Below, piece after piece: positions 43,001-58,000 of a stretch of DNA of 64,000 bases. The stretch covers positions 18,600,001 to 18,664,000 of the forward strand of contig OZ059899.1 in assembly GCA_964057225.1 (NCBI GenBank), in the 5' to 3' direction. Position 1 is the first letter of the stretch, and the number at the start of each line of letters is the position of its first letter. Position numbers and translations under genes: made by a program. Origin of the DNA: Auanema rhodensis (taxonomy: Eukaryota > Animalia > Nematoda). The notes beneath the pieces are model-generated. The model did not search any database, had not been told where the DNA came from, and saw only the letters and a program-made list of their open reading frames with translations.

Positions 43001-46000
43001 AGCTAGCGCAAATCTGATAACACAGATCGACGCAGCTTAAAAATCCGCATCGAATGCACTATACAACATTGAGAAACGCTTAATACAAAAATTAGTTATG
43101 ATCGTTTGAAAAATGATGCATTAGTGTATGTTGAGTTTCCATGTACACTCAACATTGCTTCCAAAAACATTTTTACAAAAATTTTTCCGGAAAATTTCGA
43201 AACAATTTCGCAAAAAGTAGATGTTTTTAGATTCCTTTTTTCAAGGCAAAGAAGATGGACAATGTTATTCAACGAAAAAATTAATTCTGCAGGGTGAAAA
43301 TCGAGGATATAAGTGTGAACTTATATCAGTTGATATCTCGGTGCATTTTTAAGCTAGCGCAAATCTGATAACACAGATCGACGCAGCTTAAAAAGCCGCA
43401 TCGAATGCACTAAACAACATTGAGAAACGCTTAATACAAAAATTAGTTATGATCGTTTGAAAAATGATGCATTAGTGTATGTTGAGTTTCCATGTACACT
43501 CAACATTGCTTCCAAAAACATTTTGACAAAAATTTTTCCGAAAAATTTCAAAATAATTTTGCAAAAAGTAGATGTTTTTAGATTCCTTTTTTCAAGGCAA
43601 AGACGATGGACAATGTTATTCAACGAAAAAATTAATTCTCCAGGGTGAAAATCGAGGATATAAGTGTGAACTTATATCAGTTGATATCTCGGTGCATTTT
43701 TAAGGTAGCGCAAATCTGATAACACAGATCGACGCAGCTTAGAAATCCGCATCGAATGCACTATACTACATTGAGAAACGTTTAATACAAAAATTAGTTA
43801 TGATCGTTTGAAAAAAGATGCATTAGTGTAAGTTGAGTTTCCATGTACACTCAACATTGCTTCCAAAAACATTTTTACAAAAATTTTTCCGAAAAATTTC
43901 GAAATAATTTCGCAGAAAGTAGATGTTTTTAAATTCCTTTTTTCAAGGCAAAGACGATGGACATTGTTATTCAACGAAAAAATTAATTCTGCAGGGTGAA
44001 AATCGAGGATATAAGTGTGAACTTATATTAGTTGATATCTCGGTGCATTTTTAAGCTAGCGCAAATCTGATAACACAGATCGACGCAGCTTAAAAATCCG
44101 CATCGAATGCACTATACTACATTGAGAAACGCTTAATAAAAAATTAGTTATGATCGTTTGAAAAATGATGCATTAGTGTATGTTGAGTTTCCATGTACAC
44201 TCAACATTGCTTCCAAAAACATTTTGACAAAAATTTTTCCGAAAAATTTCAAAATAATTTTGCAAAAAGTAGATGTTTTTAGATTCCTTTTTTCAAGGCA
44301 AAGACGATGGACAAAGTTATTCAACGAAAAAATTAATTCTGCAGGGTGAAAATCGAGGATATAAGTGCAAACTTATATCAGTTGATATCTCGGTGCATTT
44401 TTAAGCTAGCGCAAATCTGATAACACAGATCGACGCAGCTTAAAAATCCGCATCGAATGCACTATACAACATTGAGAAACGCTTATAACAAATATTAGTT
44501 AAGATCGTTTGAAAAAAGATGCATTAGTGTATGTTGAATTTCCATGTACACTCAACATTGCTTCCAAAAACATTTTGACAAAAATTTTTCCGAAAAATTT
44601 CAAAATAATTTTGCAAAAAGTAGATGTTTTTAGATTCCTTTTTTCAAGGCAAAGACGATGGACAAAGTTATTCAACGAAAAAATTAATTCTGCAGGGTGA
44701 AAATCGAGGATATAAGTGTGAACTTATATCAGTTGATATCTCGGTGCATTTTTAAGCTAGCGCAAATCTGATAACACAGATCGACGCAGCTTAAAAATCC
44801 GCATCGAATGCACTATACAACATTGAGAAACGCTTAATACAAAAATTAGTTAAGATCGTTTGAAAAAAGATGCATTAGTGTATGTTGAGTTTCCATGTAC
44901 ACTCAACATTGCTTCCAAAAACATTTTGACAAAAATTTTTCCAAAAAATTTCAAAATAATTTCGCAAAAAGTAATAGTTTTTAGATTTCTTTTTTCAAGG
45001 CAAAGACGATGGACAATGTTATTCAACGAAAAAATTAATTCTCCAGGGTGAAAATCGAGGATGTAAGTGTGAACTTATATCAGTTGATATCTCGGTGCAT
45101 TTTTAAGCTAGCGCAAATCTGATAACACAGATCGACGCAGCTTAAAAATCCGCATCGAATGCACTATACAACATTGAGAAACGCTTAATACAAAAATTAG
45201 TTATGATTGTTTGAAAAATGATGCATTAGTGTATGTTGAGTTTCCATGTACACTCAACATTGCTTCCAAAAACATTTTTACAAAAATTTTTCCGGAAAAT
45301 TTCGAAACAATTTCGCAAAAAGTAGATGTTTTTAGATTCCTTTTTTCAAGGCAAAGACGATGGACAATGTTATTCAACGAAAAAATTAATTCTGCAGGGT
45401 GAAAATCGAGGATATAAGTGTGAACTTATATCAGTTGATATCTCGGTGCATTTTTAAGCTAGCGCAAATCTGATAACACAGATCGACGCAGCTTAAAAAT
45501 CCGCATCGAATGCACTATACTACATTGAGAAACGCTTAATACAAAAATTAGTTATGATCGTTTGAAAAATGATGCATTAGTGTATGTTGAGTTTCCATGT
45601 ACACTCAACATTGCTTCCAAAAACATTTTGACAAAAATTTTTCCGAAAAATTTCAAAATAATTTTGCAAAAAGTAGATGTTTTTAGATTCCTTTTTTCAA
45701 GGCAAAGACGATGGACAAAGTTATTCAACGAAAAAATTAATTCTGCAGGGTGAAAATCGAGGATATAAGTGTGAACTTATATCAGTTGATATCTCGGTGC
45801 ATTTTTAAGCTAGTGCAAATCTGATAACACAGATCGACGCAGCTTAAAAATCCGCATCGAATGCACTATACAACATTGAGAAACGCTTAATACAAAAATT
45901 AGTTAAGATCGTTTGAAAAAAGATGCATTAGTGTATGTTGAGTTTCCATGTACACTCAACATTGCTTCCAAAAACATTTTGACAAAAATTTTTCCAAAAA

Positions 46001-49000
46001 ATTTCAAAATAATTTCGCAAAAAGTAATAGTTTTTAGATTTCTTTTTTCAAGGCAAAGACGATGGACAATGTTATTCAACGAAAAAATTAATTCTCCAGG
46101 GTGAAAATCGAGGATGTAAGTGTGAACTTATATCAGTTGATATCTCGGTGCATTTTTAAGCTAGCGCAAATCTGATAACACAGATCGACGCAGCTTAAAA
46201 ATCCGCATCGAATGCACTATACAACATTGAGAAACGCTTAATACAAAAATTAGTTATGATCGTTTGAAAAATGATGCATTAGTGTATGTTGAGTTTCCAT
46301 GTACACTCAACATTGCTTCCAAAAACATTTTTACAAAAATTTTTCCGGAAAATTTCGAAACAATTTCGCAAAAAGTAGATGTTTTTAGATTCCTTTTTTC
46401 AAGGCAAAGACGATGGACAATGTTATTCAACGAAAAAATTAATTCTGCAGGGTGAAAATCGAGGATATAAGTGTGAACTTATATCAGTTGATATCTCGGT
46501 GCATTTTTAAGCTAGCGCAAATCTGATAACACAGATCGACGCAGCTTAAAAATCCGCATCGAATGCACTATACTACATTGAGAAACGCTTAATACAAAAA
46601 TTAGTTATGATCGTTTGAAAAATGATGCATTAGTGTATGTTGAGTTTCCATGTACACTCAACATTGCTTCCAAAAACATTTTGACAAAAATTTTTCCGAA
46701 AAATTTCAAAATAATTTTGCAAAAAGTAGATGTTTTTAGATTCCTTTTTTCAAGGCAAAGACGATGGACAAAGTTATTCAACGAAAAAATTAATTCTGCA
46801 GGGTGAAAATCGAGGATATAAGTGTGAACTTATATCAGTTGATATCTCGGTGCATTTTTAAGCTAGTGCAAATCTGATAACACAGATCGACGCAGCTTAA
46901 AAATCCGCATCGAATGCACTATACAACATTGAGAAACGCTTAATACAAAAATTAGTTAAGATCGTTTGAAAAAAGATGCATTAGTGTATGTTGAGTTTCC
47001 ATGTACACTCAACATTGCTTCCAAAAACATTTTGACAAAAATTTTTCCAAAAAATTTCAAAATAATTTCGCAAAAAGTAAATGTTTTTAGATTCCTTTTT
47101 TCAAGGCAAAGACGATGGACAATGTTATTCAACGAAAAAATTAATTCTCCAGGGTGAAAATCGAGGATATAAGTGTGAACTTATATCAGTTGATATCTCG
47201 GTGCATTTTTAAGCTAGCGCAAATCTGATAACACAGATCGACGCAGCTTAAAAATCCGCATCGAATGCACTATACTACATTGAGAAACGCTTAATACAAA
47301 AATTAGTTATGATCGTTTGAAAAATGATGCATTAGTGTATGTTGAGTTTCCATGTACACTCAACATTGCTTCCAAAAACATTTTGACAAAAATTTTTCCG
47401 AAAAATTTCAAAATAATTTTGCAAAAAGTAGATGTTTTTAGATTCCTTTTTTCAAGGCAAAGACGATGGACAAAGTTATTCAACGAAAAAATTAATTCTG
47501 CAGGGTGAAAATCGAGGATATAAGTGTGAACTTATATCAGTTGATATCTCGGTGCATTTTTAAGCTAGTGCAAATCTGATAACACAGATCGACGCAGCTT
47601 AAAAATCCGCATCGAATGCACTATACAACATTGAGAAACGCTTAATACAAAAATTAGTTAAGATCGTTTGAAAAAAGATGCATTAGTGTATGTTGAGTTT
47701 CCATGTACACTCAACATTGCTTCCAAAAACATTTTGACAAAAATTTTTCCAAAAAATTTCAAAATAATTTCGCAAAAAGTAAATGTTTTTAGATTCCTTT
47801 TTTCAAGGCAAAGACGATGGACAATGTTATTCAACGAAAAAATTAATTCTCCAGGGTGAAAATCGAGGATGTAAGTGTGAACTTATATCAGTTGATATCT
47901 CGGTGCATTTTTAAGCTAGCACAAATCTGATAACACAGATCGACGCAGCTTAAAAATCCGCATCGAATGCACTATACAACATTGAGAAACGCTTAATACA
48001 AAAATTAGTTATGATCGTTTGAAAAATGATGCATTAGTGTATGTTGAGTTTCCATGTACACTCAACATTGCTTCCAAAAACATTTTTACAAAAATTTTTC
48101 CGGAAAATTTCGAAACAATTTCGCAAAAAGTAGATGTTTTTAGATTCCTTTTTTCAAGGCAAAGACGATGGACAATGTTATTCAACGAAAAAATTAATTC
48201 TGCAGGGTGAAAATCGAGGATATAAGTGTGAACTTATATCAGTTGATATCTCGGTGCATTTTTAAGCTAGCGCAAATCTGATAACACAGATCGACGCAGC
48301 TTAAAAATCCGCATCGAATGCACTATACTACATTGAGAAACGCTTAATACAAAATTTAGTTATGATCGTTTGAAAAATGATGCATTAGTGTATGTTGAGT
48401 CTCCATGTACACTCAACATTGCTTCCAAAAACATTTTTACAAAAATTTTTCCGAAAAATTTCGAAACAATTTCGCAAAAAGTAGATGTTTTTAGATTCCT
48501 TTTTTCAAGGCAAAGACGATGGACAATGTTATTCAACGAAAAAATTAATTCTGCAGGGTGAAAATCGAGGATATAAGTGTGAACTTATATCAGTTGATAT
48601 CTCGGTGCATTTTTAAGCTAGCGCAAATCTGATAACACAGATCGACGCAGCTTAAAAATCCGCATCGAATGCACTATACAACATTGAGAAACGCTTAATA
48701 CAAAAATTAGTTATGATCGTTTGAAAAATGATGCATTAGTGTATGTTGAGTTTCCATGTACACTCAACATTGCTTCCAAAAACATTTTTACAAAAATTTT
48801 TCCGGAAAATTTCGAAACAATTTCGCAAAAAGTAGATGTTTTTAGATTCCTTTTTTCAAGGCAAAGACGATGGACAATGTTATTCAACGAAAAAATTAAT
48901 TCTGCAGGGTGAAAATCGAGGATATAAGTGTGAACTTATATCAGTTGATATCTCGGTGCATTTTTAAGCTAGCGCAAATCTGATAACACAGATCGACGCA

Positions 49001-52000
49001 GCTTAAAAATCCGCATCGAATGCACTATACTACATTGAGAAACGCTTAATACAAAAATTAGTTATGATCATTTGAAAAATGATGCATTAGTGTATGTTGA
49101 GTTTCCATGTACACTCAACATTGCTTCCAAAAACATTTTGACAAAAATTTTTCCGAAAAATTTCAAAATAATTTTGCAAAAAGTAGATGTTTTTAGATTC
49201 CTTTTTTCAAGGCAAAGACGATGGACAAAGTTATTCAACGAAAAAATTAATTCTGCAGGGTGAAAATCGAGGATATAAGTGTGAACTTATATCAGTTGAT
49301 ATCTCGGTGCATTTTTAAGCTAGCGCAAATCTGATAACACAGATCGACGCAGCTTAAAAAGCCGCATCGAATGCACTATACAACATTGAGAAACGCTTAA
49401 TACAAAAATTAGTTATGATCGTTTGAAAAATGATGCATTAGTGTATGTTGAGTTTCCATGTACACTCAACATTGCTTCCAAAAACATTTTGACAAAAATT
49501 TTTCCGAAAAATTTCAAAATAATTTTGCAAAAAGTAGATGTTTTTAGATTCCTTTTTTCAAGGCAAAGACGATGGACAAAGTTATTCAACGAAAAAATTA
49601 ATTCTGCAGGGTGAAAATCGAGGATATAAGTGTGAACTTATATCAGTTGATATCTCGGTGCATTTTTAAGCTAGCGCAAATCTGATAACACAGATCGACG
49701 CAGCTTAAAAATCCGCATCGAATGCACTATACAACATTGAGAAACGCTTAATACAAAAATTAGTTAAGATCGTTTGAAAAAAGATGCATTAGTGTATGTT
49801 GAGTTTCCATGTACACTCAACATTGCTTCCAAAAACATTTTGACAAAAATTTTTCCAAAAAATTTCAAAATAATTTCGCAAAAAGTAAATGTTTTTAGAT
49901 TCTTTTTTTCAAGGCAAAGACGATGGACAATGTTATTCAACGAAAAAATTAATTCTCCAGGGTGAAAATCGAGGATATAAGTGTGAACTTATATCAGTTG
50001 ATATCTCGGTGCATTTTTAAGCTAGCGCAAATCTGATAACACAGATCGACGCAGCTTAAAAAGCCGCATCGAATGCACTATACAACATTGAGAAACGCTT
50101 AATACAAAAATTAGTTATGATCGTTTGAAAAATGATGCATTAGTGTATGTTGAGTCTCCATGTACACTCAACATTGCTTCCAAAAACATTTTTACAAAAA
50201 TTTTTCCGAAAAATTTCGAAACAATTTCGCAAAAAGTAGATGTTTTTAGATTCCTTTTTTCAAGGCAAAGACGATGGACAATGTTATTCAACGAAAAAAT
50301 TAATTCTGCAGGGTGAAAATCGAGGATATAAGTGTGAACTTATATCAGTTGATATCTCGGTGCATTTTTAAGCTAGCGCAAATCTGATAACACAGATCGA
50401 CGCAGCTTAAAAATCCGCATCGAATGCACTATACAACATTGAGAAACGCTTAATACAAAAATTAGTTATGATCGTTTGAAAAAAGATGCATTAGTGTATG
50501 TTGAGTTTCCATGTACACTCAACATTGCTTCCAAAAACATTTTGACAAAAATTTTTCCAAAAAATTTCAAAATAATTTCGCAAAAAGTAAATGTTTTTAG
50601 ATTCTTTTTTTCAAGGCAAAGACGATGGACAATGTTATTCAACGAAAAAATTAATTCTCCAGGGTGAAAATCGAGGATGTAAGTGTGAACTTATATCAGT
50701 TGATATCTCGGTGCATTTTTAAGGTAGCGCAAATCTGATAACACAGATCGACGCAGCTTAAAAATCCGCATCGAATGCACTATACAACATTGAGAAACGC
50801 TTAATACAAAAATTAGTTATGATCGTTTGAAAAATGATGCATTAGTGTGTGTTGAGTTTCCATGTACACTCAACATTGCTTCCAAAAACATTTTTACAAA
50901 AATTTTTCCGGAAAATTTCGAAACAATTTCGCAAAAAGTAGATGTTTTTAGATTCCTTTTTTCAAGGCAAAGACGATGGACAATGTTATTCAACGAAAAA
51001 ATTAATTCTGCAGGGTGAAAATCGAGGATATAAGTGTGAACTTATATCAGTTGATATCTCGGTGCATTTTTAAGCTAGCGCAAATCTGATAACACAGATC
51101 GACGCAGCTTAAAAAGCCGCATCGAATGCACTATACAACATTGAGAAACGCTTAATACAAAAATTAGTTATGATCGTTTGAAAAATGATGCATTAGTGTA
51201 TGTTGAGTCTCCATGTACACTCAACATTGCTTCCAAAAACATTTTTACAAAAATTTTTCCGAAAAATTTCGAAACAATTTCGCAAAAAGTAGATGTTTTT
51301 AGATTCCTTTTTTCAAGGCAAAGACGATGGACATTGTTATTCAACGAAAAAATTAATTCTGCAGGGTGAAAATCGAGGATATAAGTGTGAACTTATATCA
51401 GTTGATATCTCGGTGCATTTTTAAGGTAGCGCAAATCTGATAACACAGATCGACGCAGCTTAGAAATCCGCATCGAATGCACTATACTACATCGAGAAAC
51501 GCTTAATACAAAAATTAGTTATGATCGTTTGAAAAAAGATGCATTAGTGTAAGTTGAGTTTCCATGTACACTCAACATTGCTTCCAAAAACATTTTGACA
51601 AAAATTTTTCCAAAAAATTTCAAAATAATTTCGCAAAAAGTAAATGTTTTTAGATTCTTTTTTTCAAGGCAAAGACGATGGACAATGTTATTCAACGAAA
51701 AAATTAATTCTCCAGGGTGAAAATCGAGGATATAAGTGTGAACTTATATCAGTTGATATCTCGGTGCATTTTTAAGCTAGCGCAAATCTGATAACACAGA
51801 TCGACGCAGCTTAAAAAGCCGCATCGAATGCACTATACAACATTGAGAAACGCTTAATACAAAAATTAGTTATGATCGTTTGAAAAATGATGCATTAGTG
51901 TATGTTGAGTCTCCATGTACACTCAACATTGCTTCCAAAAACATTTTTACAAAAATTTTTCCGAAAAATTTCGAAACAATTTCGCAAAAAGTAGATGTTT

Positions 52001-55000
52001 TTAGATTCCTTTTTTCAAGGCAAAGACGATGGACAATGTTATTCAACGAAAAAATTAATTCTGCAGGGTGAAAATCGAGGATATAAGTGTGAACTTATAT
52101 CAGTTGATATCTCGGTGCATTTTTAAGCTAGCGCAAATCTGATAACACAGATCGACGCAGCTTAAAAATCCGCATCGAATGCACTATACAACATTGAGAA
52201 ACGCTTAATACAAAAATTAGTTATGATCGTTTGAAAAATGATGCATTAGTGTATGTTGAGTCTCCATGTACACTCAACATTGCTTCCAAAAACATTTTTA
52301 CAAAAATTTTTCCGAAAAATTTCGAAACAATTTCGCAAAAAGTAGATGTTTTTAGATTCCTTTTTTCAAGGCAAAGACGATGGACATTGTTATTCAACGA
52401 AAAAATTAATTCTGCAGGGTGAAAATCGAGGATATAAGTGTGAACTTATATCAGTTGATATCTCGGTGCATTTTTAAGGTAGCGCAAATCTGATAACACA
52501 GATCGACGCAGCTTAGAAATCCGCATCGAATGCACTATACTACATCGAGAAACGCTTAATACAAAAATTAGTTATGATCGTTTGAAAAAAGATGCATTAG
52601 TGTAAGTTGAGTTTCCATGTACACTCAACATTGCTTCCAAAAACATTTTGACAAAAATTTTTCCAAAAAATTTCAAAATAATTTCGCAAAAAGTAAATGT
52701 TTTTAGATTCTTTTTTTCAAGGCAAAGACGATGGACAATGTTATTCAACGAAAAAATTAATTCTCCAGGGTGAAAATCGAGGATATAAGTGTGAACTTAT
52801 ATCAGTTGATATCTCGGTGCATTTTTAAGCTAGCGCAAATCTGATAACACAGATCGACGCAGCTTAAAAAGCCGCATCGAATGCACTATACAACATTGAG
52901 AAACGCTTAATACAAAAATTAGTTATGATCGTTTGAAAAATGATGCATTAGTGTATGTTGAGTCTCCATGTACACTCAACATTGCTTCCAAAAACATTTT
53001 TACAAAAATTTTTCCGAAAAATTTCGAAACAATTTCGCAAAAAGTAGATGTTTTTAGATTCCTTTTTTCAAGGCAAAGACGATGGACAATGTTATTCAAC
53101 GAAAAAATTAATTCTGCAGGGTGAAAATCGAGGATATAAGTGTGAACTTATATCAGTTGATATCTCGGTGCATTTTTAAGCTAGCGCAAATCTGATAACA
53201 CAGATCGACGCAGCTTAAAAATCCGCATCGAATGCACTATACAACATTGAGAAACGCTTAATACAAAAATTAGTTATGATCGTTTGAAAAAAGATGCATT
53301 AGTGTATGTTGAGTTTCCATGTACACTCAACATTGCTTCCAAAAACATTTTGACAAAAATTTTTCCAAAAAATTTCAAAATAATTTCGCAAAAAGTAAAT
53401 GTTTTTAGATTCTTTTTTTCAAGGCAAAGACGATGGACAATGTTATTCAACGAAAAAATTAATTCTCCAGGGTGAAAATCGAGGATGTAAGTGTGAACTT
53501 ATATCAGTTGATATCTCGGTGCATTTTTAAGGTAGCGCAAATCTGATAACACAGATCGACGCAGCTTAAAAATCCGCATCGAATGCACTATACAACATTG
53601 AGAAACGCTTAATACAAAAATTAGTTATGATCGTTTGAAAAATGATGCATTAGTGTGTGTTGAGTTTCCATGTACACTCAACATTGCTTCCAAAAACATT
53701 TTTACAAAAATTTTTCCGGAAAATTTCGAAACAATTTCGCAAAAAGTAGATGTTTTTAGATTCCTTTTCTCAAGGCAAAGACGATGGACAATGTTATTCA
53801 ACGAAAAAATTAATTCTGCAGGGTGAAAATCGAGGATATAAGTGTGAACTTATATCAGTTGATATCTCGGTGCATTTTTAAGCTAGCGCAAATCTGATAA
53901 CACAGATCGACGCAGCTTAAAAAGCCGCATCGAATGCACTATACAACATTGAGAAACGCTTAATACAAAAATTAGTTATGATCGTTTGAAAAATGATGCA
54001 TTAGTGTATGTTGAGTCTCCATGTACACTCAACATTGCTTCCAAAAACATTTTTACAAAAATTTTTCCGAAAAATTTCGAAACAATTTCGCAAAAAGTAG
54101 ATGTTTTTAGATTCCTTTTTTCAAGGCAAAGACGATGGACATTGTTATTCAACGAAAAAATTAATTCTGCAGGGTGAAAATCGAGGATATAAGTGTGAAC
54201 TTATATCAGTTGATATCTCGGTGCATTTTTAAGGTAGCGCAAATCTGATAACACAGATCGACGCAGCTTAGAAATCCGCATCGAATGCACTATACTACAT
54301 CGAGAAACGCTTAATACAAAAATTAGTTATGATCGTTTGAAAAAAGATGCATTAGTGTAAGTTGAGTTTCCATGTACACTCAACATTGCTTCCAAAAACA
54401 TTTTTACAAAAATTTTTCCGAAAAATTTCGAAATAATTTCGCAGAAAGTAGATGTTTTTAAATTCCTTTTTTCAAGGCAAAGACGATGGACATTGTTATT
54501 CAACGAAAAAATTAATTCTGCAGGGTGAAAATCGAGGATATAAGTGTGAACTTATATCAGTTGATATCTCGGTGCATTTTTAAGCTAGCGCAAATCTGAT
54601 AACACAGATCGACGCAGCTTAAAAATCCGCATCGAATGCACTATACAACATTGAGAAACGCTTAATACAAAAATTAGTTAAGATCGTTTGAAAAATGATG
54701 CATTAGTGTATGTTGAGTCTCCATGTACACTCAACATTGCTTCCAAAAACATTTTTACAAAAATTTTTCCGAAAAATTTCGAAACAATTTCGCAAAAAGT
54801 AGATGTTTTTAGATTCCGTTTTTCAAGGCAAAGACGATGGACAAAGTTATTCAACGAAAAAATTAATTCTGCAGGGTGAAAATCGAGGATGTAAGTGTGA
54901 ACTTATATCAGTTGATATCTCGGTGCATTTTTAAGCTAGCGCAAATCTGATAACACAGATCGACGCAGCTTAGAAATCCGCATCGAATGCACTATACTAC

Positions 55001-58000
55001 ATCGAGAAACGCTTAATACAAAAAATAGTTATGATCGTTTGAAAAATGATGCATTAGTGTATGTTGAGTCTCCATGTACACTCAACATTGCTTCCAAAAA
55101 CATTTTTACAAAAATTTTTCCGAAAAATTTCGAAACAATTTCGCAAAAAGTAGATGTTTTTAGATTCCGTTTTTCAAGGCAAAGACGATGGACAAAGTTA
55201 TTCAACGAAAAAATTAATTCTGCAGGGTGAAAATCGAGGATATAAGTGTGAACTTATATCAGTTGATATCTCGGTGCATTTTTAAGCTAGCGCAAATCTG
55301 ATAACACAGATCGACGCAGCTTAAAAATCCGCATCGAATGCACTATACTACATCGAGAAACGCTTAATACAAAAATTAGTTATGATCGTTTGAAAAAAGA
55401 TGCATTAGTGTATGTTGAGTTTCCATGTACACTCAACATTGCTTCCAAAAACATTTTGACAAAAATTTTTCCAAAAAATTTCAAAATAATTTCGCAAAAA
55501 GTAAATGTTTTTAGATTCTTTTTTTCAAGGCAAAGACGATGGACAATGTTATTCAACGAAAAAATTAATTCTCCAGGGTGAAAATCGAGGATGTAAGTGT
55601 GAACTTATATCAGTTGATATCTCGGTGCATTTTTAAGGTAGCGCAAATCTGATAACACAGATCGACGCAGCTTAAAAATCCGCATCGAATGCACTATACA
55701 ACATTGAGAAACGCTTAATACAAAAATTAGTTATGATCGTTTGAAAAATGATGCATTAGTGTGTGTTGAGTTTCCATGTACACTCAACATTGCTTCCAAA
55801 AACATTTTTACAAAAATTTTTCCGGAAAATTTCGAAACAATTTCGCAAAAAGTAGATGTTTTTAGATTCCTTTTTTCAAGGCAAAGACGATGGACAATGT
55901 TATTCAACGAAAAAATTAATTCTGCAGGGTGAAAATCGAGGATATAAGTGTGAACTTATATCAGTTGATATCTCGGTGCATTTTTAAGCTAGCGCAAATC
56001 TGATAACACAGATCGACGCAGCTTAAAAAGCCGCATCGAATGCACTATACAACATTGAGAAACGCTTAATACAAAAATTAGTTATGATCGTTTGAAAAAT
56101 GATGCATTAGTGTATGTTGAGTCTCCATGTACACTCAACATTGCTTCCAAAAACATTTTTACAAAAATTTTTCCGAAAAATTTCGAAACAATTTCGCAAA
56201 AAGTAGATGTTTTTAGATTCCTTTTTTCAAGGCAAAGACGATGGACATTGTTATTCAACGAAAAAATTAATTCTGCAGGGTGAAAATCGAGGATATAAGT
56301 GTGAACTTATATCAGTTGATATCTCGGTGCATTTTTAAGGTAGCGCAAATCTGATAACACAGATCGACGCAGCTTAGAAATCCGCATCGAATGCACTATA
56401 CTACATCGAGAAACGCTTAATACAAAAATTAGTTATGATCGTTTGAAAAAAGATGCATTAGTGTAAGTTGAGTTTCCATGTACACTCAACATTGCTTCCA
56501 AAAACATTTTTACAAAAATTTTTCCGAAAAATTTCGAAATAATTTCGCAGAAAGTAGATGTTTTTAAATTCCTTTTTTCAAGGCAAAGACGATGGACATT
56601 GTTATTCAACGAAAAAATTAATTCTGCAGGGTGAAAATCGAGGATATAAGTGTGAACTTATATCAGTTGATATCTCGGTGCATTTTTAAGCTAGCGCAAA
56701 TCTGATAACACAGATCGACGCAGCTTAAAAATCCGCATCGAATGCACTATACAACATTGAGAAACGCTTAATACAAAAATTAGTTAAGATCGTTTGAAAA
56801 ATGATGCATTAGTGTATGTTGAGTCTCCATGTACACTCAACATTGCTTCCAAAAACATTTTTACAAAAATTTTTCCGAAAAATTTCGAAACAATTTCGCA
56901 AAAAGTAGATGTTTTTAGATTCCGTTTTTCAAGGCAAAGACGATGGACAAAGTTATTCAACGAAAAAATTAATTCTGCAGGGTGAAAATCGAGGATGTAA
57001 GTGTGAACTTATATCAGTTGATATCTCGGTGCATTTTTAAGCTAGCGCAAATCTGATAACACAGATCGACGCAGCTTAGAAATCCGCATCGAATGCACTA
57101 TACTACATCGAGAAACGCTTAATACAAAAATTAGTTATGATCGTTTGAAAAATGATGCATTAGTGTATGTTGAGTCTCCATGTACACTCAACATTGCTTC
57201 CAAAAACATTTTTACAAAAATTTTTCCGAAAAATTTCGAAACAATTTCGCAAAAAGTAGATGTTTTTAGATTCCGTTTTTCAAGGCAAAGACGATGGACA
57301 AAGTTATTCAACGAAAAAATTAATTCTGCAGGGTGAAAATCGAGGATATAAGTGTGAACTTATATCAGTTGATATCTCGGTGCATTTTTAAGCTAGCGCA
57401 AATCTGATAACACAGATCGACGCAGCTTAAAAATCCGCATCGAATGCACTATACTACATCGAGAAACGCTTAATACAAAAATTAGTTATGATCGTTTGAA
57501 AAAAGATGCATTAGTATATGTTGAGTTTCCATGTACACTCAACATTGCTTCCAAAAACATTTTGACAAAAATTTTTCCAAAAAATTTCAAAATAATTTCG
57601 CAAAAAGTAAATGTTTTTAGATTCCGTTTTTCAAGGCAAAGACGATGGACAAAGTTATTCAACGAAAAAATTAATTCTGCAGGGTGAAAATCGAGGATAT
57701 AAGTGTGAACTTATATCAGTTGATATCTCGGTGCATTTTTAAGCTAGCGCAAATCTGATAACACAGATCGACGCAGCTTAAAAATCCGCATCGAATGCAC
57801 TATACAACATTGAGAAACGCTTAATACAAAAATTAGTTAAGATCGTTTGAAAAAAGATGCATTAGTGAATGTTGAGTTTCCATGTACACTCAACATTGCT
57901 TCCAAAAACATTTTGACAAAAATTTTTCCAAAAAATTTCAAAATAATTTCGCAAAAAGTAAATGTTTTTAGATTCCGTTTTTCAAGGCAAAAACGATACA